A stretch of 64,000 nucleotides of DNA, from positions 1,488,001 through 1,552,000 of the forward strand of contig JBHGNT010000021.1 in the NCBI GenBank assembly GCA_043228905.1, given 5' to 3'. Below, one piece after another: positions 51,765 through 64,000 of this stretch. The notes under the pieces are model-generated. The model saw only the letters and a list, made by a program, of their open reading frames with translations. It searched no databases and was not told the origin of the DNA. Origin of the DNA: Azolla caroliniana (Eukaryota > Plantae > Polypodiophyta). Within the stretch, counting starts at the first letter, position 1. Every line of letters starts with the position of its first letter. Made by a program: the position numbers and the translations under genes.

Positions 51765-54350
51765 ATGGCAATGGCAAGGAGAAGAAGGCCCTTTCCCCTG
51801 CCCCTGCCCCTGCTTCTGCTTCCTCCTCGTTCCATCATCGTCGACACAGACACACGCGGGCCTCTGCACTCTCCACAGATCCTCCTCCATGGATCCTCCA
51901 GCAGCATCAGCAGCAGCAGCCGAGGAGGAGGAGGAGGAGGAGGAGGAGGAGGAGGAGGAAGAGCTGCAGTAAAGGGCATGGCTCTTCGTGACCCAGGGGA
52001 CTGGAGATTCTCCCCTGAGTGGTGGGGCACTCAAGGTCGTGGATGGGGCCGCGATGAAGGCTCCACCCTCTTCCGGCGCCCCTCTCACAAGAGCAACGGA
52101 ATCGTTACCGTCACTTCTCACCCCGCCTCCTCATCTGTATGTCCCCCATGTCGTGCTGTGCCATGCCATTCTTGGATTTCATTCCCTGCCACATTGCCAT
52201 TTTTCGGATTCCATTTCTTGCTCTGTAATCCCCGCTTCTGGGATCTGCCTGATCTAACCTTCATGCCTGATCTAGACCATGTTGTTTCCTTTGTTTCTTT
52301 CGCAGTAGGGCCTGCAAGACTGGCCGGAAGCAGCCGGAATCCTGCGAGAGAGGCCAGAAGTTTCGGTGTCTTGCGAATGGAGAGTTCTTAGATTCAACAG
52401 TGAAACGAGGCAGAGTGTGGCAAAGGTGCTCGTCCTCCAAGACCAGAATGCTGGAGAACCATTGGTCATGCAGATTCCTGATTGTTTGGCCTTTGACTGT
52501 AAGTATGCAGATCTTCCTCTGGGACTTACATTCGATGATATTGCCCAGAAACATTATGAACATCCTGAAATATATGTTCAGATATTGCTAGCACATTTTG
52601 TGGTGTGGTGGTAAAGGACCAATATTTGATTTAGCAACACCCAATGAATGTCACCATGAAATGCAGAGGCTATAAATTGCGTTAGGGGGGAGAGAGAGTG
52701 AGAGGGAGGAAAAGAACAAAGAGGTACGGGGACAGGTTGGATATAGGATTATCGGGTAATAAAATGTTTCAGTTGAATGAGCAATCTTTCTTTCTCTGAA
52801 TTTATTTTAAAATTGTCAACTATCTAAATCTGGCGATGATTTGTGTGAGCAGGTTTAAAGAGCATGATATCTGTTGGATTAGCAAGCGTGAATTGTGGTG
52901 GGCTAGATCTGGAGTATGTTGCCCGAGGGATGAAACAAATGAGATGCCTTTGTATTGGACTGGGTGGTGGAAGCCTCCCTCTTTTCTTGGCAAATAAGCT
53001 TCAAGGTTTTGTGGGCATTTAGAAATGATGAAGACTAGTCATAAACATTTGTTTCTTACGGGGCATTCAATTTTTTTTCAGGCTGTAATATAGATGTCAT
53101 TGAGATTGATAAGACGGTCATATCAGCAGCCACAGGATTCATGGGATTTCCCAAATATGCCTTCAAAGCCTCGAAACGTGATGATAATACATCACTGGGG
53201 GAAAATATATTTGGTGGATCAAATATATGTGGATTATTCTGGGGAAACATGCGAGAAAAGATCAATGGTATTGAAGCAGATGGTGTGGCCTATATCAACG
53301 ACCTTCACAACAGAATTTTATCTTCACCAAGTTATTATGATATTGTCTTTATTGATGCTTTTGATGGGAATGATCAAGTTCCATCTTGCTTCTGGAGTGA
53401 GGATGGATCTTTTCTGAGTGATCTTAACAGTCTTTTGCATCCTAGTCATGGCACCGTTGTGGTATGGAAAGCCCCCACATAAGTTGATTGCTATAAGAAA
53501 CAATAGAATAAATATCACATGTAAATTGAAGATTACTTACTCTATTATGTTCACATAGATGAACCTTCATACAGACGCACCACCTCCATCTCTGGTTGAG
53601 AGAATGAGAGGGGAATTTGGACCAGGTTTCGATCCTCTTTTACCTGGTGGAAAGCAATTGCTCAAGATTTCTCGTCTTTACAGGTCTGAAGCTTGATGGT
53701 GTTATGGAGCTTTTGTTTGATTTCAATGTTGCATCAAGAATCTTTGCATCCTGATATAGAATTTTAATTGGATTGCAATGTTGAACTTTATATAACTTGT
53801 TTTGAGAGAGCTTTTTATTGCATTGCAATGTTGCATCTACATATACCTTGAAATTGGATGTAGAGCATCTACTGTATTGCAATGTTGCATCTCCATACAC
53901 ATTGTGATATAAGCATTCTATATGGATTGCAATGTTGTATCTGCATTTTGCATATATCTTGACATTTGTGATATATATCTTTTGCTTTATTGCAATGCTG
54001 CATCTACATTGTGATAAGGAGCTTTTATTGGATTGCATTATTGTGTCTCAATTTACCTTGCATTATTGTCAAGATGCATTGCATCTCCAGATTCACTTAT
54101 TTTGATGTTTCTATTTTTGGACAGGAATAGCTTGTTAGGAGATAAGGTTGGACATGTGGGAGGAACCGCCTTTACTAATGTTGTTCCTAGGCAACAAAAT
54201 ATATGTTTGACTATAGCTCGGGGCATTGAAGGCACCACGGCATTGGTTGCTGATTGCCTCAAGAGGGCAGCTTGTCGCCTTGAGCATGTACTCAGAATCC
54301 CATTTGAAATGTCCACAAGAACCTTAAGAGGTTTCCATTTTGTCAAATGA
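51765..54350 (+). CDS. Class I SAM-dependent methyltransferase, spermidine-synthase/METTL13 C-domain-like, with a putative N-terminal transit peptide; ~481 aa, 6 exons
   Basis: Exons 51765-52136, 52309-52498, 52853-53005, 53082-53461, 53559-53683 and 54125-54350; 1446 nt. An alternative in-frame ATG lies at 51702. Motifs: WRVLRFNSETRQS, motif I LCIGLGGGSLPLFL, DVIEID, ADG, YDIVFIDAFDG, GTVVMNL. The R/S/L-rich N-terminus includes poly-Gly encoded by (GGA)n. Confidence 0.85.
53705..54090. repeat. Degenerate minisatellite filling methyltransferase intron 5
   Basis: About 7-8 copies of the core (TTTTATT)GGATTGCAATGTTGCATCT at irregular spacing. Confidence 0.75.
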
Positions 54351-56348
54351 TTAGTTTTTTGGGTAATGGCACATAAATGGTACAGAGGTCATGGTTTATG
54401 GCCCAATGGTTTCTAGCTGTTCCCTGAAAAAATTTAGTTACTATTTCTCCATTCATAAACTATATTCATGATAGATGGAGTCATAATGATGAATTACTGT
54501 ATAAACAACATGATAATGATGTCTTTGATTTCTTTTCCCCAAAATCTATATGAGATTATGATATCTCTACTTCTAGAGACATGCCGTTTTATACCAGTTA
54601 TCCATATCATAACACTTTTTTCTGATTATGATCCGGAAGAACTGTTAATCTTAATGTAGCTAGCTAGCAGTTCATTGGTTATTATAGCTTTTTTCTCATT
54701 TTTTATGATGTTGATGAGGTGGGCTCAATTTTGTGCTTGGTTTTACTTAACCTACTTCATTGTTAGTTGCCTGAAGGAAAATATTCACTCATGAATCAAT
54801 AAGGCTTATTTCCTGTAATTAGTTTATTATGATGCATTGTCTACTTACACATGATCCTAGCTGCTGACATTGATGTTTTGCTTTTGGGTTTATTGACTGC
54901 CTTCATTCTCATGCATTCTAGAAGCCTACTAATAACTAGATAAGAAATCAATGTAGATTTCTAGCTAAAAAATTTGGTAACATGTCATCACATGAGCACA
55001 TCGGAATCTGCTTGTAAGCAAAGTTTTGTTGTGTTGTGTTTAACAAACTTGGTTTACCTATCATCATTGACGAGTATACATCAACTCATTCAAAATATCC
55101 TATCTGTAACATTATTGTAAACACATTGTGGTTCCAAGGTGAACTGTATACGATGATCTCTTGGGGATTAATATATTTTGGCGAGTTTTTGGAGTATTAT
55201 GTACACAAGTTATATGGCTTCAAATCAATACACTATAAATGGGAGTAGGGCTATGGACCTATCATGGTATAAGGAGACAAATACAATAACAATGGTGAAG
55301 TTTGCTGTTTGTACAAGAATTGCTCATCGTAGATCATGAACATAATTCCTCTATATGTGTTGGGAATTTAAACTTCTGAACAATCTAAAAAGTTGTCATT
55401 GCATGTACATATAGAATCCATTTATATCTTTCATGACTTGACATGCATAAGATTGTAATGCTACATTCAAAATATATAGCATGACAACAATGTCTTGATC
55501 TTATAGAAATAGAAACATGATTGTATCTTTACCAATCTTTTAATATTGGATGAAATTGTTTTTTAGTGGACATGTCCTCTTCAATTATCATTTGAACACA
55601 AAAAATGGGAGCTATTTGTTGGAACTTGGAAGAGAGACTCCCTTTCAACATTTAAAGAGTTTCTCCTCTATGTTAGTGTAAAGTTTATGTGCCACTTTAG
55701 TTACACTTCAAAATCCTTCATTGGCATTGCCAATGTTTATGTTTATGGAGGAAGTTGTAGAGTCCATTCCTCTATAGGAGCTATGGTGCCTCTAAGAGCA
55801 AGTGGCAACGAATCATGGGTTAGTTTTATATTGGTCAATTGTGTTAGTTATTATTATTTGGTTTCAGAATACCATGTCAAAAAATTCACGAAGAAGAAAT
55901 GACATCGCGCACAATTTGGAAAAGGACCATCCAAAAATATCACGAGTGATGGCTATGAGCTAAAGATAAAGGACAATTTACCATTTTCATCTTATCTTAC
56001 ATACAAACAAGTTTTAGAGAGTAAAGTCGACATATCTAATAAGATTTGTGATGGTACTTCACAAGCAAGAAAAGATTCAAAGATATAAGTTTGCGAGAGA
56101 GTAACCTACACTATGTCTCTCGGGTTGACGTCTTCCTCCTTTCACATTCAAAGAGTGCCCAACAAATCACAAAGCACGGGCTTGCATTCATAGAGTGCTA
56201 ATGATGGGTCGGGCCCTTTTTGTTCACATTGCAAGGTTCAAACTTCAGTTTTGGAGTCTCTTGATGTTTGCAACTGCCCCTCGGTGACGACGGGAAACCA
56301 AGGAAACTAGCGATCCACACACTATACAAGTACATTTGGAATGTCTTA

Positions 56349-56357
56349 TTAGGGTTT
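56349..56357 (-). promoter_or_regulatory. Telo-box (TTAGGGTTT) upstream of the pseudouridine synthase gene
   Basis: ~290 bp upstream of ATG 56645; a site-II-like GGGCCC lies at ~56211. Confidence 0.45.
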
Positions 56358-56481
56358 ACAGATCTAAAGGTCTGATGCGACAGCTTTTCTATAACTTTCC
56401 GGCCTTGAATCGTAGGTGGGCAATGATGGGTCGGATCGATGGCGGACACATGGTGGTAGGGCAGACACATTATCCTATCAT

Positions 56482-56513
<32 letters not shown>

Positions 56514-56644
56514 GATTTGGGTGAAGCCAAAGTGAAGGGAATGGGCAATTTAGGTATTATGCTAGAAACCCTCCAAAACCTCTGCTTCTGCTTCTTCAGA
56601 AAGAAGAAGAAGAAGAAGCAGAGGAAGAAGTAGGAGAAGGTTTC

Positions 56645-59600
56645 ATGGAGCCTCAAGGCACCTCCCCTCCCCATCCTGCTTCTGCTTCTTCTTCTCCTCC
56701 TCCTGGAGATGTGGATGAGTTGGTTGAAGCTCCTCCCTCTTCTTCTATGGAGGTCATGGCTACACTTGACAGCCATGTGGAGCAAGATCAGGCGGCTTCT
56801 GTACCCTCCGTACAGATCGTTTTGGACGGCTCCGACATCCTCGATGCTGCCATTGGGGATGAGGGGCTAGAAATCTCCATCAAATTTGAGAAGAACAACA
56901 GGGGAGAAGAAGAAGACGTGAGAGATGAGGGTCCCCAGACTGATTTTGTGAATCAGTTGGATGGAGTCGAAGTTAAGGTTTACTTGGATGGAACGCAGAC
57001 AGTTGATGTGGAGGTTATTCCACCTCATAACGATGATAATGGTGAAGATGAGCGGATCTTGGCCAACGTAGAGGCACCACAGCTTAGTTTAGAGGAGGTT
57101 TTAGTTAGAGGAGAAACAGCAACATCAGTTCAAACAGATACTGAATATAATCCTAATCTGATAGAGCTGACAAGTGCAAGAGAGGTGGAATATGAATGTG
57201 AGCATAATAGCCATAGAGATGGAGAAAAGAAGAGGATTAGAGAGGAAGAGGAGGATGATCCCGTCAGAAAATTGAAATCGAAATCAGATCAGAGTGGTAC
57301 AATTGATATGGAAACAGAGGATCACAAGGAGAAGAATGCAGTGAAGATTGCTGATTCAAATGAGCTCGAAGTAGAAGGCGAAAACAGTGCGCAACTCATG
57401 ATTGAAGACGAAATAAAAACTTCCGATCAAAACAAACAAGAGGAATTTCACGAAGGGAAATTAGATACAAATAAAGATGTAAAAATCAACAATTTTGCTC
57501 GGCGAAAAAGGAGGAAGATTGCAATGCTCTTAGCTTATTGTGGGGCAGGTTATCAAGGTATGCAAAAGAACCCTGGTGCAGTTACAATAGAGGGTGAGCT
57601 AGAAAAAGCCCTCGTACAAGCAGAAGCAATGCCAGAGAATTTCAATGGAAACCATAGAACGGTGGATTGGATGAGAGCTGCAAGAACAGATAAAGGTGTT
57701 AGTGCTGTTGGCCAGATTGTATCTGGCCTTTTCTATGTAGATCCACCTGGATTTGTTGAGAGAGTGAATAGCCATTTGCCTAAGCAGATTCGGGTTTTTG
57801 GTTTTACGAGAGTTACCCCATCTTTTGGTGCAAAGAAGTTTTGTGATAGAAGAAGGTACGAATATGTGATTCCAATCTTTGCGTTGGACCCCACCACTCA
57901 TAGAGATACAGAGTTTGTGGTACCAACAGAAGGAAAAGAAGAGGCATATAGCAAATGTTTGGAACACTGTCAGAGAGGAAGGCACATTGACAAACAATGT
58001 GAGACCCTAGGCACTGAAGAGTTGGGAACTTCTACAGATAATGATGTTGATATACCAAAGGATGTCATAGAAACAGTCTCCATGCATGCAGAAACCAATG
58101 AAACTCTTGTGTTCTCTTCAGGAGAACAACAGCTATCCTCCAAAGAAGTGGGGAAAGATTTGGTTCAAATCCAGTCGAATGTAGGTATTGAGTCAACAAA
58201 CAGCTTGGTGGTGGAAGAAAAAGTAAATACCTTTCATTTTGGGGAGCCTGAGCGGACAAAATTGAATCGTATTTTAAAGAAGTTTGTGGGTACTCACAAT
58301 TTTCACAACTTCACTTCAAAAATGAAGGCAGAAGATCCAAGCGCAAAGCGATACATTGTCTCTTTTGAGGCTGGAAATGTATTCACTGTAAGAGATACAG
58401 AATTGATGAGGTGTTCTATAGTCGGACAGAGCTTCGTGCTTCATCAAATAAGGAAAATGATTGGACTTGCCATCGCTGTCTTCAGAGGCTGTGCTCCAGA
58501 GTCTATAATTGATTTGTCATTGAGAAGGTTGGTTTAAACTCCCTCTATTTCTTTCTGCCACTGGTTTGGAAAATAGGAGACAATTTTGAATAAGGGTGGG
58601 AACTAGGAGGGAGTTGAAATAGTTGAACTTAGAGAGATTTATTCATGAAAAGATAGTCTAAGAAGAAGTGTTTATGTATGAAGTTTCCATAAAGGACTTG
58701 AAAGACTAGCCTAAAGAACTTGTAAGTCTAGGTTTAGGATATAAGTTAGTTTATTGAGGCCATATCTCTTCATGGAAAATCTTCAATGTCATGTATGTTC
58801 AAGCTTAAGTAAATTCCCCTCTTTGCAATTTCCTTTTCAGCATTTATACAAGCCCATCGTGCTAGGTATATTTGTGTGCATTCAAGGGTGGAACCATGTT
58901 TTCAAAGTAATATAGCTTCGTTTTTAGCAAAACAAATCCATCAGTTAAGCATATCCTTTTCTATTCAATCTAGAAATACTCCCTTTATATTGTACTCCAT
59001 ACACAAAGCTTGATCGTCTTTGCTCACTATCAGAATATAAAGTGAAGATAATTCTGTTTGTACTTTTTATCAGTATTATTCTCATAACCGATTGTTAATT
59101 TATGTATGTAAAATCCTCACCTATTTGGCTCAAGTCATGTAGAAGAATTCAATAATACTTGTGAATGTGGATGGGTAGTGTCTAATTATCTTTGGAAACT
59201 CCCTTATCAAAGGCCCATTTCTCTATTGAGAAAAACTCTTTTATATGGAGACAACCTAGGCACCGTTTAAAATTTTTTGTGAGCGATCATGTTTGTGTGA
59301 ATCAGCCTCAGATTGGAGTTGAGTTGAGGGTCAACAAGAAATTTAGTGAAACATCCTTAGCATTCACTTGAAGGAAAGTATCTTTGCACTGATTGGTGCA
59401 GTTGAGTTCCCATGGTTGAAAGATCAGTGATAGTATCAAAAACTCAGGTCCTGATTCATCCACAGAAGAAAATAATGATAGTCAGTAGGAAGAAATTCTA
59501 TTATAGCAAGCTAATCATTCCGATTTTATCAGGGCCTCATGCATAAATGTGTAAGGAAATGATATTGAAAGTCTTAAGCCCCATGCCAAAACGTTCATTT

Positions 59601-61931
59601 ATTGATAGGCTAATTCTACTACCTCGGAGTTAATTCAAGGCATGGTCTTGATTTCACATTGCAATCACAATTATCCAGCCTGTTCTCAAAGTCCAGATGT
59701 CTTGTTCAACATGCCCAAACTTGTCCAGGACCCAATCCATCTGAATAAATATTGTCGAAACCTTTTTGAGGTTCTTTAGAGTCTTGAAATAAATCTAGTC
59801 TCACATTCTAGTGACATACTGTCTCGACAGTTGTTGACTTCTACCAAGAGAATTTGTCAACATAGACTAAGATGAGGCAACCATTGCTGCTTGACTGGAG
59901 ATTGCTGTTTAAAACTATTGTTTTCAAATTTAGAATCAACAAACCTGAATCAAATGATAGAATCTGACAACTTCAATTTTCCAGTGCTCAATTGTGTTGC
60001 AAAAAACTTGTCCTCTATCATTGCGAGTTCTTGCCATTGTACTGATCTTCATGAGTGGGGATCCCATGATATCTAACAGTTATAGAGTACTGTCATGGTT
60101 GGCCATTACTTGACTAAACTATATGATTTCGGGAGAGAACGGCCAGCTGTTCAACCGGACATGCAACTGCTCTACATGAATCTGTGTTGGGGAAAGTTTG
60201 CACTCCTGGTTTTCGGGAGTTGTGGTTATCATGATTGGAGTAAAAAAAGGATGGCCACTGTCAACCACTCTCTTTGTGCTTTATATAGATGAGATATCTA
60301 ATTACATCAAGGGCTGTGGGGGTTCAGGAGTGCACTTAGCATGGGTAGCCATTCTGATATCACTGTATGCTGATGACATTGTGTTGATCTCCATTTCTAA
60401 GGAGGGCCTACAAACATTTAAATGCTATGAACTAATTTTGTACAAAGAAGGATTTGTTACCATGATAGAACTAAAGAGATAGTGTTCAACACCATTCAAG
60501 CATGGGTAAGAAGATCTCAATCAGAATTTTTCACATGATCCCACATATATCTATGGGTGACGTTCATATGGCTTTGGTTCTCCCAATAGAAGGCTGCCTG
60601 GATATGCAACCTTTGGTACCCGTGAAAGACAAACTAAATGTTGTATGTTTGATACACTTGTAACACTAGCTCTTCTGTAAGGAGTAGAAATTTGAGGACT
60701 GAGCCTTTGATTGGGGTCATAAGTTGCTTGAGTTAGAGAAATGATTGCTCACATGATAAGAAGTAAAGAATCGGTACCTCATGGTAAAATCTCGGCAGAG
60801 ACAAGAGCAACCCCGAACTGATCAATGACCAGTATTCAAACAGATGGGAGCTCCCTAAGAGAAGGTACTCTAAGTTTAGCACATAGGTCATCAAAACAGC
60901 TGGCTTTAAATGGAGACAATTATTGATGGTATGCTTGAATGCAAGAATGGTTTCAGCCGTATGGCGTAAGTATAAACACACTACTCTCATTCTAGTATAG
61001 CTGGATTGTCCACACTTGAAAATGACTACTAAAGTGGTAATGTCTCTCATGTATATCCATTTCCACAGTTTGTACCTTTGAAACACAGGACATACCACTG
61101 CCTCTGGCTCTGGTCCAAATGAAATGCACAAAATACCTGGGTCTGTATGTCCAGTCAGCATACTGACATATGCTTACCTGATAGAACGTGCAAGAATGGT
61201 GGTTACACACACTAAAACGCTAAAACGTACAATTATCTTAAACTTGGGATGGTAATTTAACTAATCTCCCACAACAAATAATAGTTATGAGTCCTAGTGT
61301 TCCTACTAATACCTAGTTTGGGCTTTTTGCAGATTGTTTTGATCTTGAACACTCAACATGATTGAGTGTAAAAAGTTTTTCTGAATTTCAGTGCCAAGTT
61401 TCTTTCAATGTGATACAATTTCTTAACAATGGATTTAATTTAGTTTTTCTCATTTATGGTTTCTTGGTGTTTTCATATAAACATGTTTATCTTTTCTAAT
61501 AATGGTTCCATGGGTAGGGATAATGGTGGTCAATCATCAGGTATTACGGACACTTTAAATAATACATTTCCATTATATACATAAGCTTGCGGAATTTGCA
61601 TTGTACTTGTTCAGTATATAACTTTGCCGTTGGTTGTTTACGTTATATGTGAACCAGGGATATGAACATCACCATTCCAACAGCGCCAGAGTTGGGATTA
61701 TTTCTGGATGAATGCATGTTTCCAGCATACAACAAGAAATGGTATGGTACTCATGAAGAAATTTCACAAAAGGGATATGAGAAGGAAATAAGTCACTTCA
61801 AGCATGAGATTATCTACCCACATATCACCGAAACAGAACGCAAAGAGGGTCAAATGGCACTTTTTCTTCATTCATTAAATAGTCGCAATTATGCAGATTT
61901 TGCGACTGCTGGAGACACTGAAACACAATGA
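56645..61931 (+). CDS. tRNA pseudouridine synthase, TruA family (PUS1-like), 718 aa, 2 exons
   Basis: Exons 56645-58527 and 61658-61931 (phase 2, GT-AG). Motifs: KIAMLLAYCGAGYQGMQKN, catalytic RAARTDKGVSA, CDRRRYEY, GTHNFHNFT, GQSFVLHQIRKMIG, IPTAPELGLFL. Confidence 0.95.
60075..60935 (+). mobile_element. RTE-like LINE reverse-transcriptase relic inside the PUS intron
   Basis: MVGHYLTKLY, then GVKKGWPLSTTLFVLYIDE...SLYADDIVLIS (RT motifs with the YADD catalytic box). Contains frameshifts and stops. Confidence 0.85.
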
Positions 61932-63626
61932 TATGGTAGCAGAGATCAGATATTCCTTTCCCAAATTCTAATAGAATAATGTAGCAAAAATGGAAATAGC
62001 AAGGCTAGATATTTTTGGTCTTTTTAAATGGCATTAAGTTTTTAATTTTGTGTCCTGGTCAGGTTCAATGTAATACTGGAAATAACTGTGATACATCTGA
62101 GCTTGGACTGATGCTGTCCAAAAATTCTACTTCTGAGCTGGTTCTAATGTGCCCTAGCACATAGATAATGATTATTTTGTCCCCACGTTATAACTCAATG
62201 CAAAATAAATCTATCATGTGACTTGAACAACCTCCCTTATTTTGTTTCATAGCAAATGATTCTTGAAGCTTTGTAATTTCATATTCACTTTTCGGAAATG
62301 ACAGTTTGATTTACCTGTTCATGTATATTTCAATTATGTGGACTATGCGCCTTGAGTATGGAACTCCCCACTGGAACCTGAGGCATTAAAAAACTAACCG
62401 TTGGGACATTAATTCTTGCATGACATGACTCTTCTTTTCATTAGCCTATACAGTTCTTTTTTTGTAGGAATTAATATCAAATTATTCTAATGCACAAATT
62501 TACTATTATTGTATGTGTGTCTCTTTTGATCCTATGTTTGTGATCTCTTGTCATATGATTATTGCTTCTAGTATTATAATATCTAATCCAATCTAATTAG
62601 GAGCTGTTCAAATTTTAGGTTGCGGTTCAAGAAAATTGTACAAAATGCATTTGTTCAGTACGATTGTTAGACCGATCCCAAGAACTATTTGTTGGTTCAG
62701 GGTCAATGCAATAGGAGCCAGAATAATAAAACTGAGATAGAGAATGGCATTTTAATAAGAAGATTGAAGCTCTTTTGTGCATATATGGACTTGCAATCAA
62801 TCCAAATATGATGTTAATGACAATACGTTTGACTCAAAACAAATAGTGAAGAGGATTGTATGTATTGTTTTCTCATTGTTATAGGTTCTATGTGTTAACA
62901 ATGCCTTTCTTAGAGAGAAAAAATATGGAAAGCCACAATTTTTGTGAGAAGTAATTATTGTGCACAACGTCAAACTAAAAGCATTTACAATTGCAATCAA
63001 ACACAACATCAAATTGTGATACTTTGAACCCACAACATCAAGTTGTGGTTGACTATGACACTCACATTTTATGTGTCACCATTTCAATGTAATTTATAAC
63101 AATCGAGCACTTTGAAAGTAATAATGAACTCGATCGAAATATAGGTATTGTCATATTACCTCATCGAAGTGTACATCAACTTCTAGACCTCGTTTGACAC
63201 ATATTGAGGATTGGGATGGAGAAACCTAAGAAGCATCAAGTTGTCGTCATGGGCGACGTGTCAATAACTAACTACTTAAAAAGAAAACCAGGCGGAACAT
63301 CCGTCCCGATTTTCATCAGTTTGTTTGTACACACACACACGAACACATGCACCCACTCACAAAATACTATGGAGCTGTCTATTTGTTAGTTTATTCATGT
63401 CCAAAACAGAGGAAAGGAAAGCCTAAAAGACTACTAGGCTCTATGATCTATCTATCTATCTCTGTATATCCAGCCTAATACATACATACTTTTGCTTGAA
63501 TCCACCATCACTCCCTCCTCTTTCTTTCTTTCTTTTTCTTTTCTCTTCACAAGAGAAGGCAGGGGAAGGGGAAGGGGCGCACGCTGTCTTCGTATGAAAA
63601 GGTAACCCACATCCCTGTTCTTTCAG

Positions 63627-63877
63627 CATCCATAGCCCCCGTGATGGTGGAGATGAGGATGATGTAAATTTGCTCTTTTTTAGTTTGTATTTAGTTGTTG
63701 ATTTTTTTTTTTGTTTTGAGAGAGAAAGAAAAAGAGAGAGATCAACGTCTCCTAGAGAGCTAGAATGGGGCTGTAAAGACAAATAATGATTACAAATACG
63801 CATCCATAGCCCACGTGATGGTGGTGTTGTAGAGAGCCTAAATGGGGCTGTAAAGACAAATCATGATTACAAATACG
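63627..63877. repeat. Local duplication with internal deletion (A-B-A'-B')
   Basis: GCATCCATAGCCC.CGTGATGGTGG at ~63627 and ~63800; AATGGGGCTGTAAAGACAAAT(A/C)ATGATTACAAATACG at ~63764 and ~63841. Confidence 0.75.
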
Positions 63878-64000
63878 AGTTAATTTCATGTCATCCGCTC
63901 TGATACAAAAGTAATAGCTTTATGTCTCCTGAAGCACCATAATCATTATCTGAATTCATGTGGTGGAATGATTTTTGAGATTCTTCACCAGCGTGAAGTG

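Noticed and set aside
51660-52121. Antisense ORFs with poly-Ser/poly-Pro
   Set aside because: Shadow frames of the GC-rich first exon and (GGA)n tract of the methyltransferase.

Overview
Gene-rich window of a land-plant nuclear genome with GT-AG introns, microsatellites and nested TE relics; the TE types suggest a seed-free plant such as a fern, which is an inference. I manually reconstructed six complete spliced genes, all with consistent intron phases: IMP dehydrogenase (-), zf-HIT/ZNHIT3-like (-), a ~4745-aa sacsin-like protein with C-terminal RING (-), eEF1B-gamma (+), a spermidine-synthase-fold SAM methyltransferase (+) and a TruA/PUS1-like pseudouridine synthase (+). The 5' end of an unidentified minus-strand ORF runs off the left edge. 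Intergenic DNA and introns hold hAT-type MITEs, a solo LTR, L1/RTE LINE relics and many local tandem duplications. I cannot support a wholly new multi-gene system. The best leads are regulatory: a CAG/TAG NAGNAG acceptor whose proximal site reads straight into a stop, a duplicated 'poison' acceptor in the sacsin gene, a dense ACGT-box repeat array upstream of the left-edge ORF, a near-perfect 7x93-bp array upstream of IMPDH, and a neighbourhood of translation-related genes, three of which carry telo-boxes.
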